DNA from: a virus
Taxonomy: Duplodnaviria > Caudoviricetes
Direction: 5' to 3' (one strand)
IMG/VR virus record: IMGVR_UViG_3300033272_000024
Location: 1-63,157 of that record
DNA length: 63,157 nucleotides
Numbering within the stretch: position 1 is the first letter of the stretch; every line of letters begins with the position of its first letter. Made by a program: the position numbers and the translations under genes. Positions 10,700 to 20,492 of this stretch are shown here, in pieces. The notes below the pieces were generated by a model. That model was not told the origin of the DNA and did not search any database. It saw only the letters and a program-made list of their open reading frames with translations.

Positions 10700-11046
10700 T
10701 GGACTACACAGCTATTGGATACGCAGCCTTAATTGGCCTTGGCTCGACCTACGCCCTCTGGGTGTTCTTCTTAGCGGTTATGTCTTTAGCTCGGGCAAAA
10801 CGAGCAGGCCAACTAACTACAACTGCAAAGGTGCTGGGCTATCCAGTTCTCATCGTTGGGTATGTCTTGGATTGCTTTGTCAACTTCACGGTGATGACTG
10901 TGTTGCTCTTGGAGATTCCGCAGGAGACTACGGTTACTTCGCGGCTTAGTCGGCATTTGAACGACTGTGACTGCTGGCGAAAGTCTATTGCTGCTTGGGC
11001 GGCTCCGCTTCTTGACCCGTACGACCCAGACGGAAAACATCTGTAA
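10699..11046 (+). CDS. Membrane protein in the lysis cassette
   Basis: Two hydrophobic segments; ETTVTSRL...C.C...LDPYDP.GKH; TGATG and TAATG overlaps. Confidence 0.65.
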   Translation: MDYTAIGYAALIGLGSTYALWVFFLAVMSLARAKRAGQLTTTAKVLGYPVLIVGYVLDCFVNFTVMTVLLLEIPQETTVTSRLSRHLNDCDCWRKSIAAWAAPLLDPYDPDGKHL

Positions 11047-11522
11047 TGGAAACACTACTCAACCTTTTAAAAACTCTGGCTCCAGCTTTGGCTACGGCTG
11101 TAGCTGGGCCACTTGGCGGAGTAGCGATTACCGCTTTGGCATCTAAGTTTGGCGTAGAAGATACTGTTTCCGCCGTGGCCGAAGCTATTTCTGGCGATCC
11201 ACAAGCTGCACAGAAGCTGCGTGAAATGGAGTTTGAGTACGCCAAGCTGACTGCTGCTGATTTGAGTAATGCACGGGCCATGCACATCGCTGCTATTCAA
11301 TCTGAAGACCCGTTTGTACGGCGGTTTACGTACTACTTCATCATGATGTGGACAGCCTTTGCTGTGATATTTATCCCTTGCATTATTTTCCTGCCTATAC
11401 CCGCAGACAACGTTCGATTTGCCGATACCATTTTGGGCTTCTTGCTGGGTACGGTTATTGCTAGCACCTTTTCATTTTTACTAGGTTCCAGTTTCGGTAG
11501 CCGCGCCAAGGATCGTAAATGA
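11046..11522 (+). CDS. Putative holin (3TM/GTA-holin-like)
   Basis: N-terminal APALATAVAGPLGG, two C-terminal TM helices and GSSFGS; directly precedes the endolysin. Confidence 0.7.
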   Translation: METLLNLLKTLAPALATAVAGPLGGVAITALASKFGVEDTVSAVAEAISGDPQAAQKLREMEFEYAKLTAADLSNARAMHIAAIQSEDPFVRRFTYYFIMMWTAFAVIFIPCIIFLPIPADNVRFADTILGFLLGTVIASTFSFLLGSSFGSRAKDRK

Positions 11523-12037
11523 AAGAAAACTTTACTTACGCACTTAATGCTCTGCTCGGCGATAACCGTGAAGGTGGTTATAGCAATCATTCTTCCGATC
11601 CGGGAGGAATTACCAACTGCGGCGTAACAAAGCTTGTTTGGGAAGAGTGGGTGGGTCACTCAGTAGATGAAAAAGCCATGCGTGCGCTGACTCCCGCTAT
11701 TGTGGCTCCGCTGTACAAGAAAAAGTACTGGGACAAAGTAGCGGGTGACAGCTTACCCTCTGGGATTGACCATGCAGTATTTGACTTTGCCGTTAACTCA
11801 GGCGTAGGTAGAGCAGCTAAGTTCTTACAAAGCGCAGTAGGTGCTACAGAAGACGGCGCTATTGGCCCAATTACTCTTGTAAAAGTAACAGCGCAAGACC
11901 AGCAAAAACTGGTAGCGGCTTACAATGCAGCACGGCTTGCCTTCTTGTATGAACTTCCAATATGGGAAACGTTTCGCGGAGGCTGGGCTAGACGAGTAGT
12001 GGAAGTAACCGCAGAATCCAGCTTTCTCACGGCATAA
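11519..12037 (+). CDS. Endolysin, glycoside hydrolase family 108 with peptidoglycan-binding domain
   Basis: EGGYSNHSSDPGG.TN.G.T catalytic motif; FDFAVNSG; DGAIGP.TL; F.GGW.RR. Confidence 0.92.
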   Translation: MKENFTYALNALLGDNREGGYSNHSSDPGGITNCGVTKLVWEEWVGHSVDEKAMRALTPAIVAPLYKKKYWDKVAGDSLPSGIDHAVFDFAVNSGVGRAAKFLQSAVGATEDGAIGPITLVKVTAQDQQKLVAAYNAARLAFLYELPIWETFRGGWARRVVEVTAESSFLTA

Positions 12038-12045
12038 GGAACCCC

Positions 12046-13896
12046 ATGCCTTTAAAAAAACTTTCTTTGCGGCCCGGAATTAACCGAGAAAACACCCGTT
12101 ACACAAGCGAATCAGGCTGGTATGACGGCGATAAGATTCGCTTCCGCCAAGGCACGCCTGAAAAAATTGGCGGCTGGGAGCGTATTTCTCTAGAGTATTT
12201 TTTAGGTGTTTGTCGTTCTCTATGGAATTGGGTTTCTTTGGGAGGCGTAAAGTTAATCGGCGTCGGTACAAACTTAAAGTTTTATGTATTGCGTGGCGGC
12301 TCTTACTATGATGTAACGCCTATTGAAGATACGACAACTTTGGGCAATAACCCGTTTGAAACAACCAGTGGCTCTCCGATTGTTGTCGTTACCGACTCAA
12401 TTACCAGCTTCTACAACAACAGTTACGTAAGTTTTTCAGGGGCAACAGCAGTAGGCGGAGTAACTGTTTCCGGCGAATACCAGCTTGTGTCAGTAACTGG
12501 CACTACGTATGCAATTGATGTCGGGGTAAGCGCATCTAGCACGGCTACTGGTGGCGGTTCGGCTGTAGTTGCAGCTTATCAAATAGCTATTGGCTCTGAA
12601 ATAGAAGTGCCAAATACAGGCTGGGGCGCAGGAACATGGTCTAGCGGCCCTTGGGGTATTGGAACAACATCTTCAGTACCTCTTAGGTTGTGGAGTCAGG
12701 CGAATTTTGGTGAAAACCTGATCTTTAATCCGCGTGGTGGCGGGCTGTATGTTTGGACGGTAGCGGGAAACGTTTCTAGTAGGGCTACTTTGGTGGCTGA
12801 TGATGCGCAGGCTAACAACGTACCTGTAGCAATGAACAACATTCTTGTCTCTGACGTAAGCCGGTTTGTATTTGCGCTGGGATGCAGTGATATTGGACAG
12901 ACAGTTATTGACCCTTTGCTTATTCGCTGGTCAGACCAAGAAAGCTTATTTGACTGGATGCCGTCTGCAACGAATCAAGCCGGCAGTATTCGGTTGTCTC
13001 AAGGTTCGAAAATCGTTACAGGCATTCAATCAAGGCAAGAAATCTTAGTGTGGACAGATGCAAGCCTGTACTCTATTCAATACGTAGGAGCACCGATTGT
13101 TTACAGCACTAACTTGATTGGCGATAACATTTCCATCATTAGCCCAAACGCTGCTTGTTATGCCAATGGAGTAGCTTACTGGATGGGTGTTGATAAGTTC
13201 TATAAATACGATGGTAGGACGCAAACCCTACGCTGCGACCTACGCAAGTACATTTATGACGATATTAATGCCTCTCAATATGGGCAAATATGTAGCGGGA
13301 GTAATGAGGGTTTTAATGAAGTCTGGTGGTTTTACCCTTCAAAAGATTCACTCATAAACGATAAATACGTTGTATATAACTATTTGGAAGATATTTGGTA
13401 CTTTGGCTTAATGAGTAGAACAGCTTGGCAGGACAGCAGCTTAAGACAAGGCCCAATTGCAGCTACCTACTCTAGTAATATTGTTGTGCATGAAGTTGGT
13501 TCGGACAATGGCGAAGGAATGAATAACGTTGCTATTCCCGCTTATGTAACCTCGGCTGAATTTGACTTAGATGATGGGCATAACTTTTCGTTTGTATGGC
13601 GGATATTGCCAGACATTACTTTCCAAGGATCAACAACTGATTCCCCGAAGGCCACTATGTACCTGTACCCACTGAAGAACTCAGGCTCTGGGTACACCAG
13701 CCCAGCGTCTGTCGGCGGAACAAACAATGCAGAAGTAACAAGAACTGCCGTGCTTCCAATTGAAAAGTTTACAGGGCAAATCTTCACAAGGGTTAGAGGT
13801 AGGCAGTTGGCTATGAAGCTGGAATCTACGGAACTAGGTGTGGCTTGGCAGCTTGGATCGCCGCGAATTGATTTGCGTCCAGATGGCAGACGTTGA
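12046..13896 (+). CDS. Tail hub / DNA stabilisation protein (P22 gp10-like)
   Basis: 616 aa; PEKIGGW, IRWSDQE, EVWWFYP and C-terminal PDGRR motifs; lies before the ejection proteins. Confidence 0.72.
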   Translation: MPLKKLSLRPGINRENTRYTSESGWYDGDKIRFRQGTPEKIGGWERISLEYFLGVCRSLWNWVSLGGVKLIGVGTNLKFYVLRGGSYYDVTPIEDTTTLGNNPFETTSGSPIVVVTDSITSFYNNSYVSFSGATAVGGVTVSGEYQLVSVTGTTYAIDVGVSASSTATGGGSAVVAAYQIAIGSEIEVPNTGWGAGTWSSGPWGIGTTSSVPLRLWSQANFGENLIFNPRGGGLYVWTVAGNVSSRATLVADDAQANNVPVAMNNILVSDVSRFVFALGCSDIGQTVIDPLLIRWSDQESLFDWMPSATNQAGSIRLSQGSKIVTGIQSRQEILVWTDASLYSIQYVGAPIVYSTNLIGDNISIISPNAACYANGVAYWMGVDKFYKYDGRTQTLRCDLRKYIYDDINASQYGQICSGSNEGFNEVWWFYPSKDSLINDKYVVYNYLEDIWYFGLMSRTAWQDSSLRQGPIAATYSSNIVVHEVGSDNGEGMNNVAIPAYVTSAEFDLDDGHNFSFVWRILPDITFQGSTTDSPKATMYLYPLKNSGSGYTSPASVGGTNNAEVTRTAVLPIEKFTGQIFTRVRGRQLAMKLESTELGVAWQLGSPRIDLRPDGRR

Positions 13897-13922
13897 CTTT
13901 CGTACGGATCATGGTGTATAAT
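13893..13922 (+). promoter_or_regulatory. Sigma70-like promoter for the HNH-AP2 gene
   Basis: TTGACT-N18-TATAAT, followed by an AAGGAG RBS. Confidence 0.7.
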
Positions 13923-13948
13923 GAGGTTACTTTTAAAGGAGTAACAAC

Positions 13949-14575
13949 ATGACTACAAAATTTATTGATCGAACTGGGATGCGTTACGGGCGGCTAACTG
14001 CTGTAAAAAGAGCGGGTAGAAATAATTTAAAGAAGGTTCTTTGGGAATGTCTTTGTGATTGCGGAAATACGACAACTGTTCCTTCTGGGGCGCTTGCTAC
14101 GGGAGGAACATCTTCTTGCGGTTGCGCTTTAAAAGAAGCAATTACCAAACATGGCTGCTCAGGAAAATCCTCCTACAACACTTGGAGAGGAATGATGAGG
14201 CGATGCTACAAAAGTGAAGACAAAGACTACGCAAAGTACGGTGGAAAAGGCGTAACGGTCTGCGAAGAATGGCATGATTACTTAACTTTTGCCAAAGATA
14301 TGGGAGAGCCAAGCAGCAAGGAAACGCTTGATCGAATTGATCCGTATGGCAACTACGAGCCGTCAAACTGTCGCTGGGCTGGCTTGTCAACTCAAGCTAG
14401 AAACATTCGCATTCCAAAAGCCAACACATCTGGCTACATTGGCGTTTACAAAATTAGCGGTAAATGGGCAGCTCAAATAACCGCTAACAAGAAAAAATAC
14501 TACATAACTAAGTGCGCAACCTTAGAAGATGCGGTTGCTGCTCGTAAGGAACTTGAACTTCTTTATTGGACTTAA
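13949..14575 (+). CDS. HNH-type homing endonuclease with C-terminal AP2 domain
   Basis: GRLT...W.C.CDCG...SCGC; LDRIDPYGNYEPSNCRWA; NTSGYIGV...W.AQI...A.AAR. Confidence 0.88.
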   Translation: MTTKFIDRTGMRYGRLTAVKRAGRNNLKKVLWECLCDCGNTTTVPSGALATGGTSSCGCALKEAITKHGCSGKSSYNTWRGMMRRCYKSEDKDYAKYGGKGVTVCEEWHDYLTFAKDMGEPSSKETLDRIDPYGNYEPSNCRWAGLSTQARNIRIPKANTSGYIGVYKISGKWAAQITANKKKYYITKCATLEDAVAARKELELLYWT

Positions 14576-14577
14576 TC

Positions 14578-14904
14578 ATGCCCAAAGCACAAAACATTTC
14601 ACCTCCTGCGCTACCTTTTGCGCCAGAAGAGTACTCACGCACATACAACGACCAGTACGACAAGGTTCTTAGGCTTTATTTTACTAGCCTGCAATCCGTT
14701 GTTGACCAGATTGCGGCCAATGACATCATCTTAGCAACGAAGAACTACCTCGTAGCCGGTTTGCCAAGCGCGGCGGTATCGGGATCGGGAGCTAGGGCAT
14801 TTGTGTCTAACGCGCTAAACCCTAGTTTTGGCTCATCGGTGGCTGGCGGCGGCGCAGTGCCTACGCCTGTTTACTCAGATGGTGTTGGCTGGAAGGTTGG
14901 CTAA
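14578..14904 (+). CDS. Structural protein (PPALPFAP.EY...LRLYF family)
   Basis: Motif typical of the gene after gp10-like tail genes; C-terminal LPSA...GARAFV...PVYSDG..W. Confidence 0.7.
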   Translation: MPKAQNISPPALPFAPEEYSRTYNDQYDKVLRLYFTSLQSVVDQIAANDIILATKNYLVAGLPSAAVSGSGARAFVSNALNPSFGSSVAGGGAVPTPVYSDGVGWKVG

Positions 14905-14953
14905 AGAGTCGAAAAATGATACGATCCATGCAAGGTCTACAACAAGGAACAAA

Positions 14954-15655
14954 GTGAAGAAATATTGGTTCAATGGTTCACCAACCTATACCCATTTCAC
15001 TGATTCTTGGAGTGTCTTGTTTCCAGCTTGGGAAGAAGCTTTTACAAAAGTAGCAGCGCACCATCGGGAGAGCGTTAACAATCCAGAGTTAGAAGCTCGT
15101 ATTGATACGTTTATTGCACAAGAGCTTTCACATGCACGCGCACACAATCAACATAACAAGCGTGCTGAAATATGTGATTTGGCAGATAAAGAGTTTAAGA
15201 AAACAAAGATCATTGAACGAAAGCCGGGTAGCCCGTTGTGGCTGGCAACAATGATTTCAATCGAACATACTGCTGCTGTTAGTGCTCGTTCATTTTTAAA
15301 TAAATTTGGACACATCAAGAGCCGAGAATTTAACTTGTACGCATGGCATTGCGTAGAAGAACTTGAGCATAAAAGTTTAGCCTTAGACTTGTGGAATCAC
15401 TTAGGGTTTTCAAAAGCCCAACTAAATAAAGTTTCCAGAAAAAACTTTATATACACATGGAAATTTGCTTTTTCTTACACAATTAATAGTTTAAAAAAAG
15501 ATAACCAGTTGTGGAAGTTTAAAACTTTGGTGGATGGATTTTCCTTGTTAAGCTATGTTGTTCTCCGTCTTTGGATTCCATACTTGCAGATTTTTAAACA
15601 GGATTTTCACCCTGACCATATTGACGATACAAAACTAATAGCTGTACATAAATGA
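14954..15655 (+). CDS. Predicted metal-dependent hydrolase (PF10118-like, ferritin-like di-metal)
   Basis: GTG start with AAGGA RBS; FPAWEEAF, FIAQELSHARAH, IEHTAA, WHCVEELEHKS and FHP motifs. Confidence 0.8.
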   Translation: MKKYWFNGSPTYTHFTDSWSVLFPAWEEAFTKVAAHHRESVNNPELEARIDTFIAQELSHARAHNQHNKRAEICDLADKEFKKTKIIERKPGSPLWLATMISIEHTAAVSARSFLNKFGHIKSREFNLYAWHCVEELEHKSLALDLWNHLGFSKAQLNKVSRKNFIYTWKFAFSYTINSLKKDNQLWKFKTLVDGFSLLSYVVLRLWIPYLQIFKQDFHPDHIDDTKLIAVHK

Positions 15656-16155
15656 AAATACCTCGCGCAAGCAAGCATGAAAATGATCCTTCAATAAAGG
15701 GCTTATTGAGCGCGGAAGAAATTGTGCGTACCGATTGGAAGCGTAACTACGAAAAAAAAGGCATTCCACTTGGGAGTTTGAAGCAAAGTATCAAAGACCA
15801 CGTAGATAATGGTGGGCAAATGGGTAGGATGAGAAATACTCTTATCTTTTTAAAGATTAATGAAGGAGAAGATGACGTTCTCTTTCATACCTTTACTGCC
15901 GATGTGTATGAAGTTTATATGTCTATGACTCAACTTTTTGGTCTGTCATTGGCAAAAACTAGAGGCATAGAAACGCTTTACACATATGTTAGCGATAAGT
16001 CTTCGTATCGTATGGCTTGCAAAATATATGGTAAAGAAAACGTTGACATTGAAGAAGAAGACGACAAAGAAAATGGCAAGTACAAACTAACTATTGATAT
16101 TGGCGAATCTTACAGACAAGGGCAAAGAGCCGTTGAAGCCAAGGCAAGGGGTTAA
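15652..16155 (+). CDS. Hypothetical protein (possibly GNAT-like)
   Basis: ATGA overlap; AT-rich; the fold is a guess. Confidence 0.6.
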   Translation: MKIPRASKHENDPSIKGLLSAEEIVRTDWKRNYEKKGIPLGSLKQSIKDHVDNGGQMGRMRNTLIFLKINEGEDDVLFHTFTADVYEVYMSMTQLFGLSLAKTRGIETLYTYVSDKSSYRMACKIYGKENVDIEEEDDKENGKYKLTIDIGESYRQGQRAVEAKARG

Positions 16156-16157
16156 TT

Positions 16158-19100
16158 ATGGGTTATGTTCGGAAAAAGACTGGCCTTGACCTTAATCCAC
16201 TTAACTTGGTTGAAAAAGCAGTTGATACGGTTGTTGATGTCGTCAATTTTACTGTTGACCAAATCATTGAACCTATAGTTAACACGGTGGTAGACGTTGT
16301 GCAAGCAGCACTAGACGACCCGATTAAAACTATAGCTCAAATTGCAGCGGTAGCAACTAAACAGTATTGGCTTCTTCCTATTATTGCTGGTGCTGATGTT
16401 GCTATAAAAGGTGGCGATTTAGGGGATGTTGCAAAAGCAGTTGCTATTTCTTATGTAATGCAAGAAGTAGCTCAGGGTGCTGGTGAATACGCTGGTGGAG
16501 CAGCTAGTGAGGCAGCAGTGGAAGCAGGATGGAGCGCTGCAAATGCGAAGTTGGCAGGTGAGATTATTGGCACGGGTGCTGGTGGCGCTGCTATAGCTGT
16601 TGTAACGGGTGGCGACCCACTGGAAGCGTTTCTTATTGGCGGCGCAACTGCTGGTGCTGGCGCTGTTCTTGGCAAAGTTTCGGGCTTTGGTGACTTTGCT
16701 AAGAATAATAAAGTAGCTGGCAAAGCTATTGAGGCAATGGTCGTAGCTAAACTGTCCGGAGGAAACGTTTCTGCGGCTGTTATTGGCTCTTTGATAGCAA
16801 CGTCTGGCCTTGTGGCGGATACCATCAAAGAGTTTGACCCATTGAACGGGCAACCCGGAGCTAAGTTTGATGCAGCACAAACAGCTATTATTACAAACGT
16901 ACTTACTGGAACGGCTAGTGCAGCCCTTTCAGGCGGCGATCCATCCCGAGTAATTCAAGCCGCACTGATGAAGGCTGGCTCCAAAGCTATCGGCGAAATG
17001 GCTACCGAAGGGTTTAAGTCGGCAACATCATCTGTTTCAGAATATTTCAATGGAGCAAAAAGCAAAGCCGACATTCTTGATGGAAACATTTCTGCACAAA
17101 ACGAAGCCTACAACAACTACAAAGCCTACGCTGACCCACTAAACGCTAGGGTAGCTGAGCAAACCCGACTAAAAGGCGTGTACGACGCTGCTGTTGCCGC
17201 ACACAACGCAAACCCTACCGAAGCCTCACGCAATACAGCTAATGCCGCTGGTGATGCTTTTGACGCTTACGTCACTAAGCTAAACAAAGACTACGCTGAA
17301 ACCTATAGCCCGAACATTAAGAAGTACGGCGACCAGCTTGATAAGTTGCAGCAAGACTACGCCGTAGCTACGGGTGACTATGAAAAAGCAATGGATGCGT
17401 TTGCTGATAGTACAGACAAACTATCTGCTGTACTTGACCCTATTTACCTGACTAGTAACCGTGCATTTACAGAGGCGCTTGACCCTAACTTTAATGCAGA
17501 TGAGTACCGGGAAATTAACGGCTTGGGCGCTGATGTAGACGTGTACGAAGACTACTTAAACCGTGGACAGCTTGAAGGTTTAGCGACAAACGATAAAGAC
17601 CAAGCGATTATTGAAGCAAGAAACCAATTAAAAGAAGCTACTGGGAAAGACATACCTAACTATATTATTGAGCGTGCGCTTACTACTGACAATGCAAATA
17701 GAGATACTATTGTTAAGCAGTATGCAGAGACTGCAATTCAAGACAATACAAAATCAATATCTACGCGAGAGGATGCAACTAATGCGGTGCTGGGCGCGTA
17801 TGAGCAAGCCGGTTATAGCCAAGAACAAATTAGCGCAAAGATAGATTCTGGTGAAGCTACGGCCAAAGCAAACCAGTTGCTTGAAGGGCAAAAAGCAAAC
17901 GTAGAAAGCTTGCGTCAATACGCTACTGATTTAGGCGCATCCGCAGGAACAGATAGCACTGAGTACAAGGCTGCTTATAAAGATGCTCTTAATGCTATGG
18001 CTGACTATGGCGGCTATGGCGTTACAAAAACTGGCGAAACGTTTGCAACCGCAGAGTACGGAAAACTTGATCCTGATAGGTTGTTGCCAGTAAGTTACCA
18101 CTCTGATACAGGGTGGTATCGTGACCCAGTAACGGGAGAGGCTTATTACAAAGTAGTAGTCACAGGCGGAACTCAAGAATATTTACCTGCGTCAGAAATT
18201 CCAGAGCAAGACATAAGCGCTTTATGGGCCATTGGAAACTCTGCCAATCCACCTGAAAGTGGTGGAGGTAGTTACTTTGGTAGTGGCTCTGGCGTATCCT
18301 CAGGGATGTTTGGCGGCTTGCAGCTTGTCTCAGTAGATGATGCTACTGGTGCCAAAATGTATTCAGACGGATCTGGTATGACGCTGATTGCATACTCTGA
18401 CGGAAAAGGAAAAGTAATTAACAACAACATGGAAGTTGAGTTGATTACGCCAGAAGATTTGGCTAAGTTGATGGGAGAAGTACCAATAGCTAAGCCTCCT
18501 ACGCCAGCAGCAGAAGTAAAACCCGTAGAAGAGCTTACTCAGCCAGAAGCTTACAACAAAGCCAAACAAGATGCTTTGGAAAGCGCGCAAACAGACCTGA
18601 AAAATAGCTACCAAACAGCAGACGAAGTTAAAGCTGCAATAGAGTCTTTTGGCTACAAGGCTACCCCACAAGAAATCCAGTCATTTGTTGGCGAAAAAAC
18701 GCCTGACCAAATGAAGTTTGATGTAGAAAAATATGTAGATCCTAAAGTGGTTAGTCGTGCCGAGGCGAAGGCTGCATACGCTGCGATAGGTATATCTAAA
18801 CCTACTAAAGCCGATATTGATAAATTAGTTGGACAATACTCGCAAATATATTTAAATGGAAAAGCTGCGGCCAACTTAGATGCTGCTCGGTACAACTCTA
18901 TTCAGCAACAACTAGATAACTTAAACATAACTCCAACAGATATTGAGGGTATGCGATCTTCTCTTACAGAGGCTATCCAAACAGCTATAGACTTTGGATT
19001 ACAGGGAGATGCTGCTTTACAGGCTGCAATTAGTGCAGTAGCAGAGTCGCAGCAAACTAGTAAAGAAGCGCTATTATCTAAATTAGGCACATCAGAATCT

Positions 19101-20480
19101 GCACTAAAATCTGAGTTTGCTGCTGGTTTCGCTGGTGTATCTCAGCAACTAAACGAAAAATACGCCGCTCTGACTGCTTCGCAAAAAGCTGAAGTTGATG
19201 CGCGTGTACAACAAGGCGCTGACTTGGGTGCAGCAATGGCTAGAGTGCAGTCGGCTCTTGAAGGGCAGATTGCTGGCGTAAGTGCTGACCTTAAAGAAGC
19301 TATCGACATAAACGAAGCTGCTGGCATGAGTAGAGATGCCGCAATTTCTAAGGCTGTTGATGATGTGGCGACAAGCGTTGGAACTACTCGTGCAGATTTA
19401 TTGGCCAAGCTTGGCGCTACAGAGCAAAGCCTGTTGGAAAAATTCCAAGCTGGACAAGATAAAACACAAGAGCAAATTGCTGGTGTAACTGCTGAAATGC
19501 AGGCGCAGTACGAGACATTAACGGCTGGACAAAAAGCCACTGCTGATGCTTTAGTAGCTCAAGGCAAAACGTTTCAAGAAGCAATTGATGCTGCACAAGC
19601 CGAAACAGCAGGGCAAATTGGTGACTTGACTACTGAAATGCAAGCGCAGTACGCCTCTTTGACCGACGCTCAAAAAGCAACTGCCGACGCTTTGATTGCC
19701 CAAGGTGAAACGACGCAGCAAGCAATTGCCACTGCTCAAGCAGAGACAACGGACTTAATAAACACCAAGACAGATGCAATTAACACCCGTATTGCAGAGC
19801 TAGTTGCCCAAGGCGCAAGCCAGCAAGCAGCCACTACGCAGGCGTTTGCAGAAGTAAATGAAAAGCTTGGCACACAAGGCCGTGGCCCGAATCAGAGCGA
19901 CTTGGATGCTTTAGAGCAGATGATTAGCGGAACACGGTCTACCGACCTTTCTTACGATACAAACAATGATGGAAGAATTGACGGGTCAGACCTAACATTT
20001 TTGACTGGTATTGTTAATGGGGATGCCGGTGGATCAGGATTTAATGCCCCATCTGGTTCGCCTTGGGCTGCTACAGGCTTGTATGGAAGCTTGGCTGATG
20101 CTGAAGCTGCACGAGCACAAGATGCTGCAAACCAAAAGGCAGCAGGCGAAGCAGCAGCAGCACAAGCAGCTACGAACGAAAAGAATGCACAGATACGCGG
20201 AGCCGGTGGTCGAGCAGCACAAGCCATGCAGCAGTTTGCTGGCTCTGCCCCTACATTGATACAACAAGCTACACAGCAAGTATCTGCGCCGATATACGGA
20301 CAAGCAGTAGAAGCTTTTGACTTTGGCGCACCTTTGGACTTTAACTACTTTAACCCTAGCAAGGAAAAACAAGGTAGCCAAACAGGTGGGCAAACAACTA
20401 AAATGGCATCTGGCGGGTATCTTGACGACCTGCTGGGTGAAGATATGTCAGTAGATGACCTACTGAAACTCTTACGCTAA
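16158..20480 (+). CDS. Large internal virion / ejection protein (1440 aa)
   Basis: Gly/Ala-rich hydrophobic N-terminus, coiled-coil repeats, EF-hand/dockerin-like DTNNDGRIDGSDL, C-terminal MASGG. Confidence 0.6.
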   Translation: MGYVRKKTGLDLNPLNLVEKAVDTVVDVVNFTVDQIIEPIVNTVVDVVQAALDDPIKTIAQIAAVATKQYWLLPIIAGADVAIKGGDLGDVAKAVAISYVMQEVAQGAGEYAGGAASEAAVEAGWSAANAKLAGEIIGTGAGGAAIAVVTGGDPLEAFLIGGATAGAGAVLGKVSGFGDFAKNNKVAGKAIEAMVVAKLSGGNVSAAVIGSLIATSGLVADTIKEFDPLNGQPGAKFDAAQTAIITNVLTGTASAALSGGDPSRVIQAALMKAGSKAIGEMATEGFKSATSSVSEYFNGAKSKADILDGNISAQNEAYNNYKAYADPLNARVAEQTRLKGVYDAAVAAHNANPTEASRNTANAAGDAFDAYVTKLNKDYAETYSPNIKKYGDQLDKLQQDYAVATGDYEKAMDAFADSTDKLSAVLDPIYLTSNRAFTEALDPNFNADEYREINGLGADVDVYEDYLNRGQLEGLATNDKDQAIIEARNQLKEATGKDIPNYIIERALTTDNANRDTIVKQYAETAIQDNTKSISTREDATNAVLGAYEQAGYSQEQISAKIDSGEATAKANQLLEGQKANVESLRQYATDLGASAGTDSTEYKAAYKDALNAMADYGGYGVTKTGETFATAEYGKLDPDRLLPVSYHSDTGWYRDPVTGEAYYKVVVTGGTQEYLPASEIPEQDISALWAIGNSANPPESGGGSYFGSGSGVSSGMFGGLQLVSVDDATGAKMYSDGSGMTLIAYSDGKGKVINNNMEVELITPEDLAKLMGEVPIAKPPTPAAEVKPVEELTQPEAYNKAKQDALESAQTDLKNSYQTADEVKAAIESFGYKATPQEIQSFVGEKTPDQMKFDVEKYVDPKVVSRAEAKAAYAAIGISKPTKADIDKLVGQYSQIYLNGKAAANLDAARYNSIQQQLDNLNITPTDIEGMRSSLTEAIQTAIDFGLQGDAALQAAISAVAESQQTSKEALLSKLGTSESALKSEFAAGFAGVSQQLNEKYAALTASQKAEVDARVQQGADLGAAMARVQSALEGQIAGVSADLKEAIDINEAAGMSRDAAISKAVDDVATSVGTTRADLLAKLGATEQSLLEKFQAGQDKTQEQIAGVTAEMQAQYETLTAGQKATADALVAQGKTFQEAIDAAQAETAGQIGDLTTEMQAQYASLTDAQKATADALIAQGETTQQAIATAQAETTDLINTKTDAINTRIAELVAQGASQQAATTQAFAEVNEKLGTQGRGPNQSDLDALEQMISGTRSTDLSYDTNNDGRIDGSDLTFLTGIVNGDAGGSGFNAPSGSPWAATGLYGSLADAEAARAQDAANQKAAGEAAAAQAATNEKNAQIRGAGGRAAQAMQQFAGSAPTLIQQATQQVSAPIYGQAVEAFDFGAPLDFNYFNPSKEKQGSQTGGQTTKMASGGYLDDLLGEDMSVDDLLKLLR

Positions 20481-20492
20481 AAGGAACTCAAG

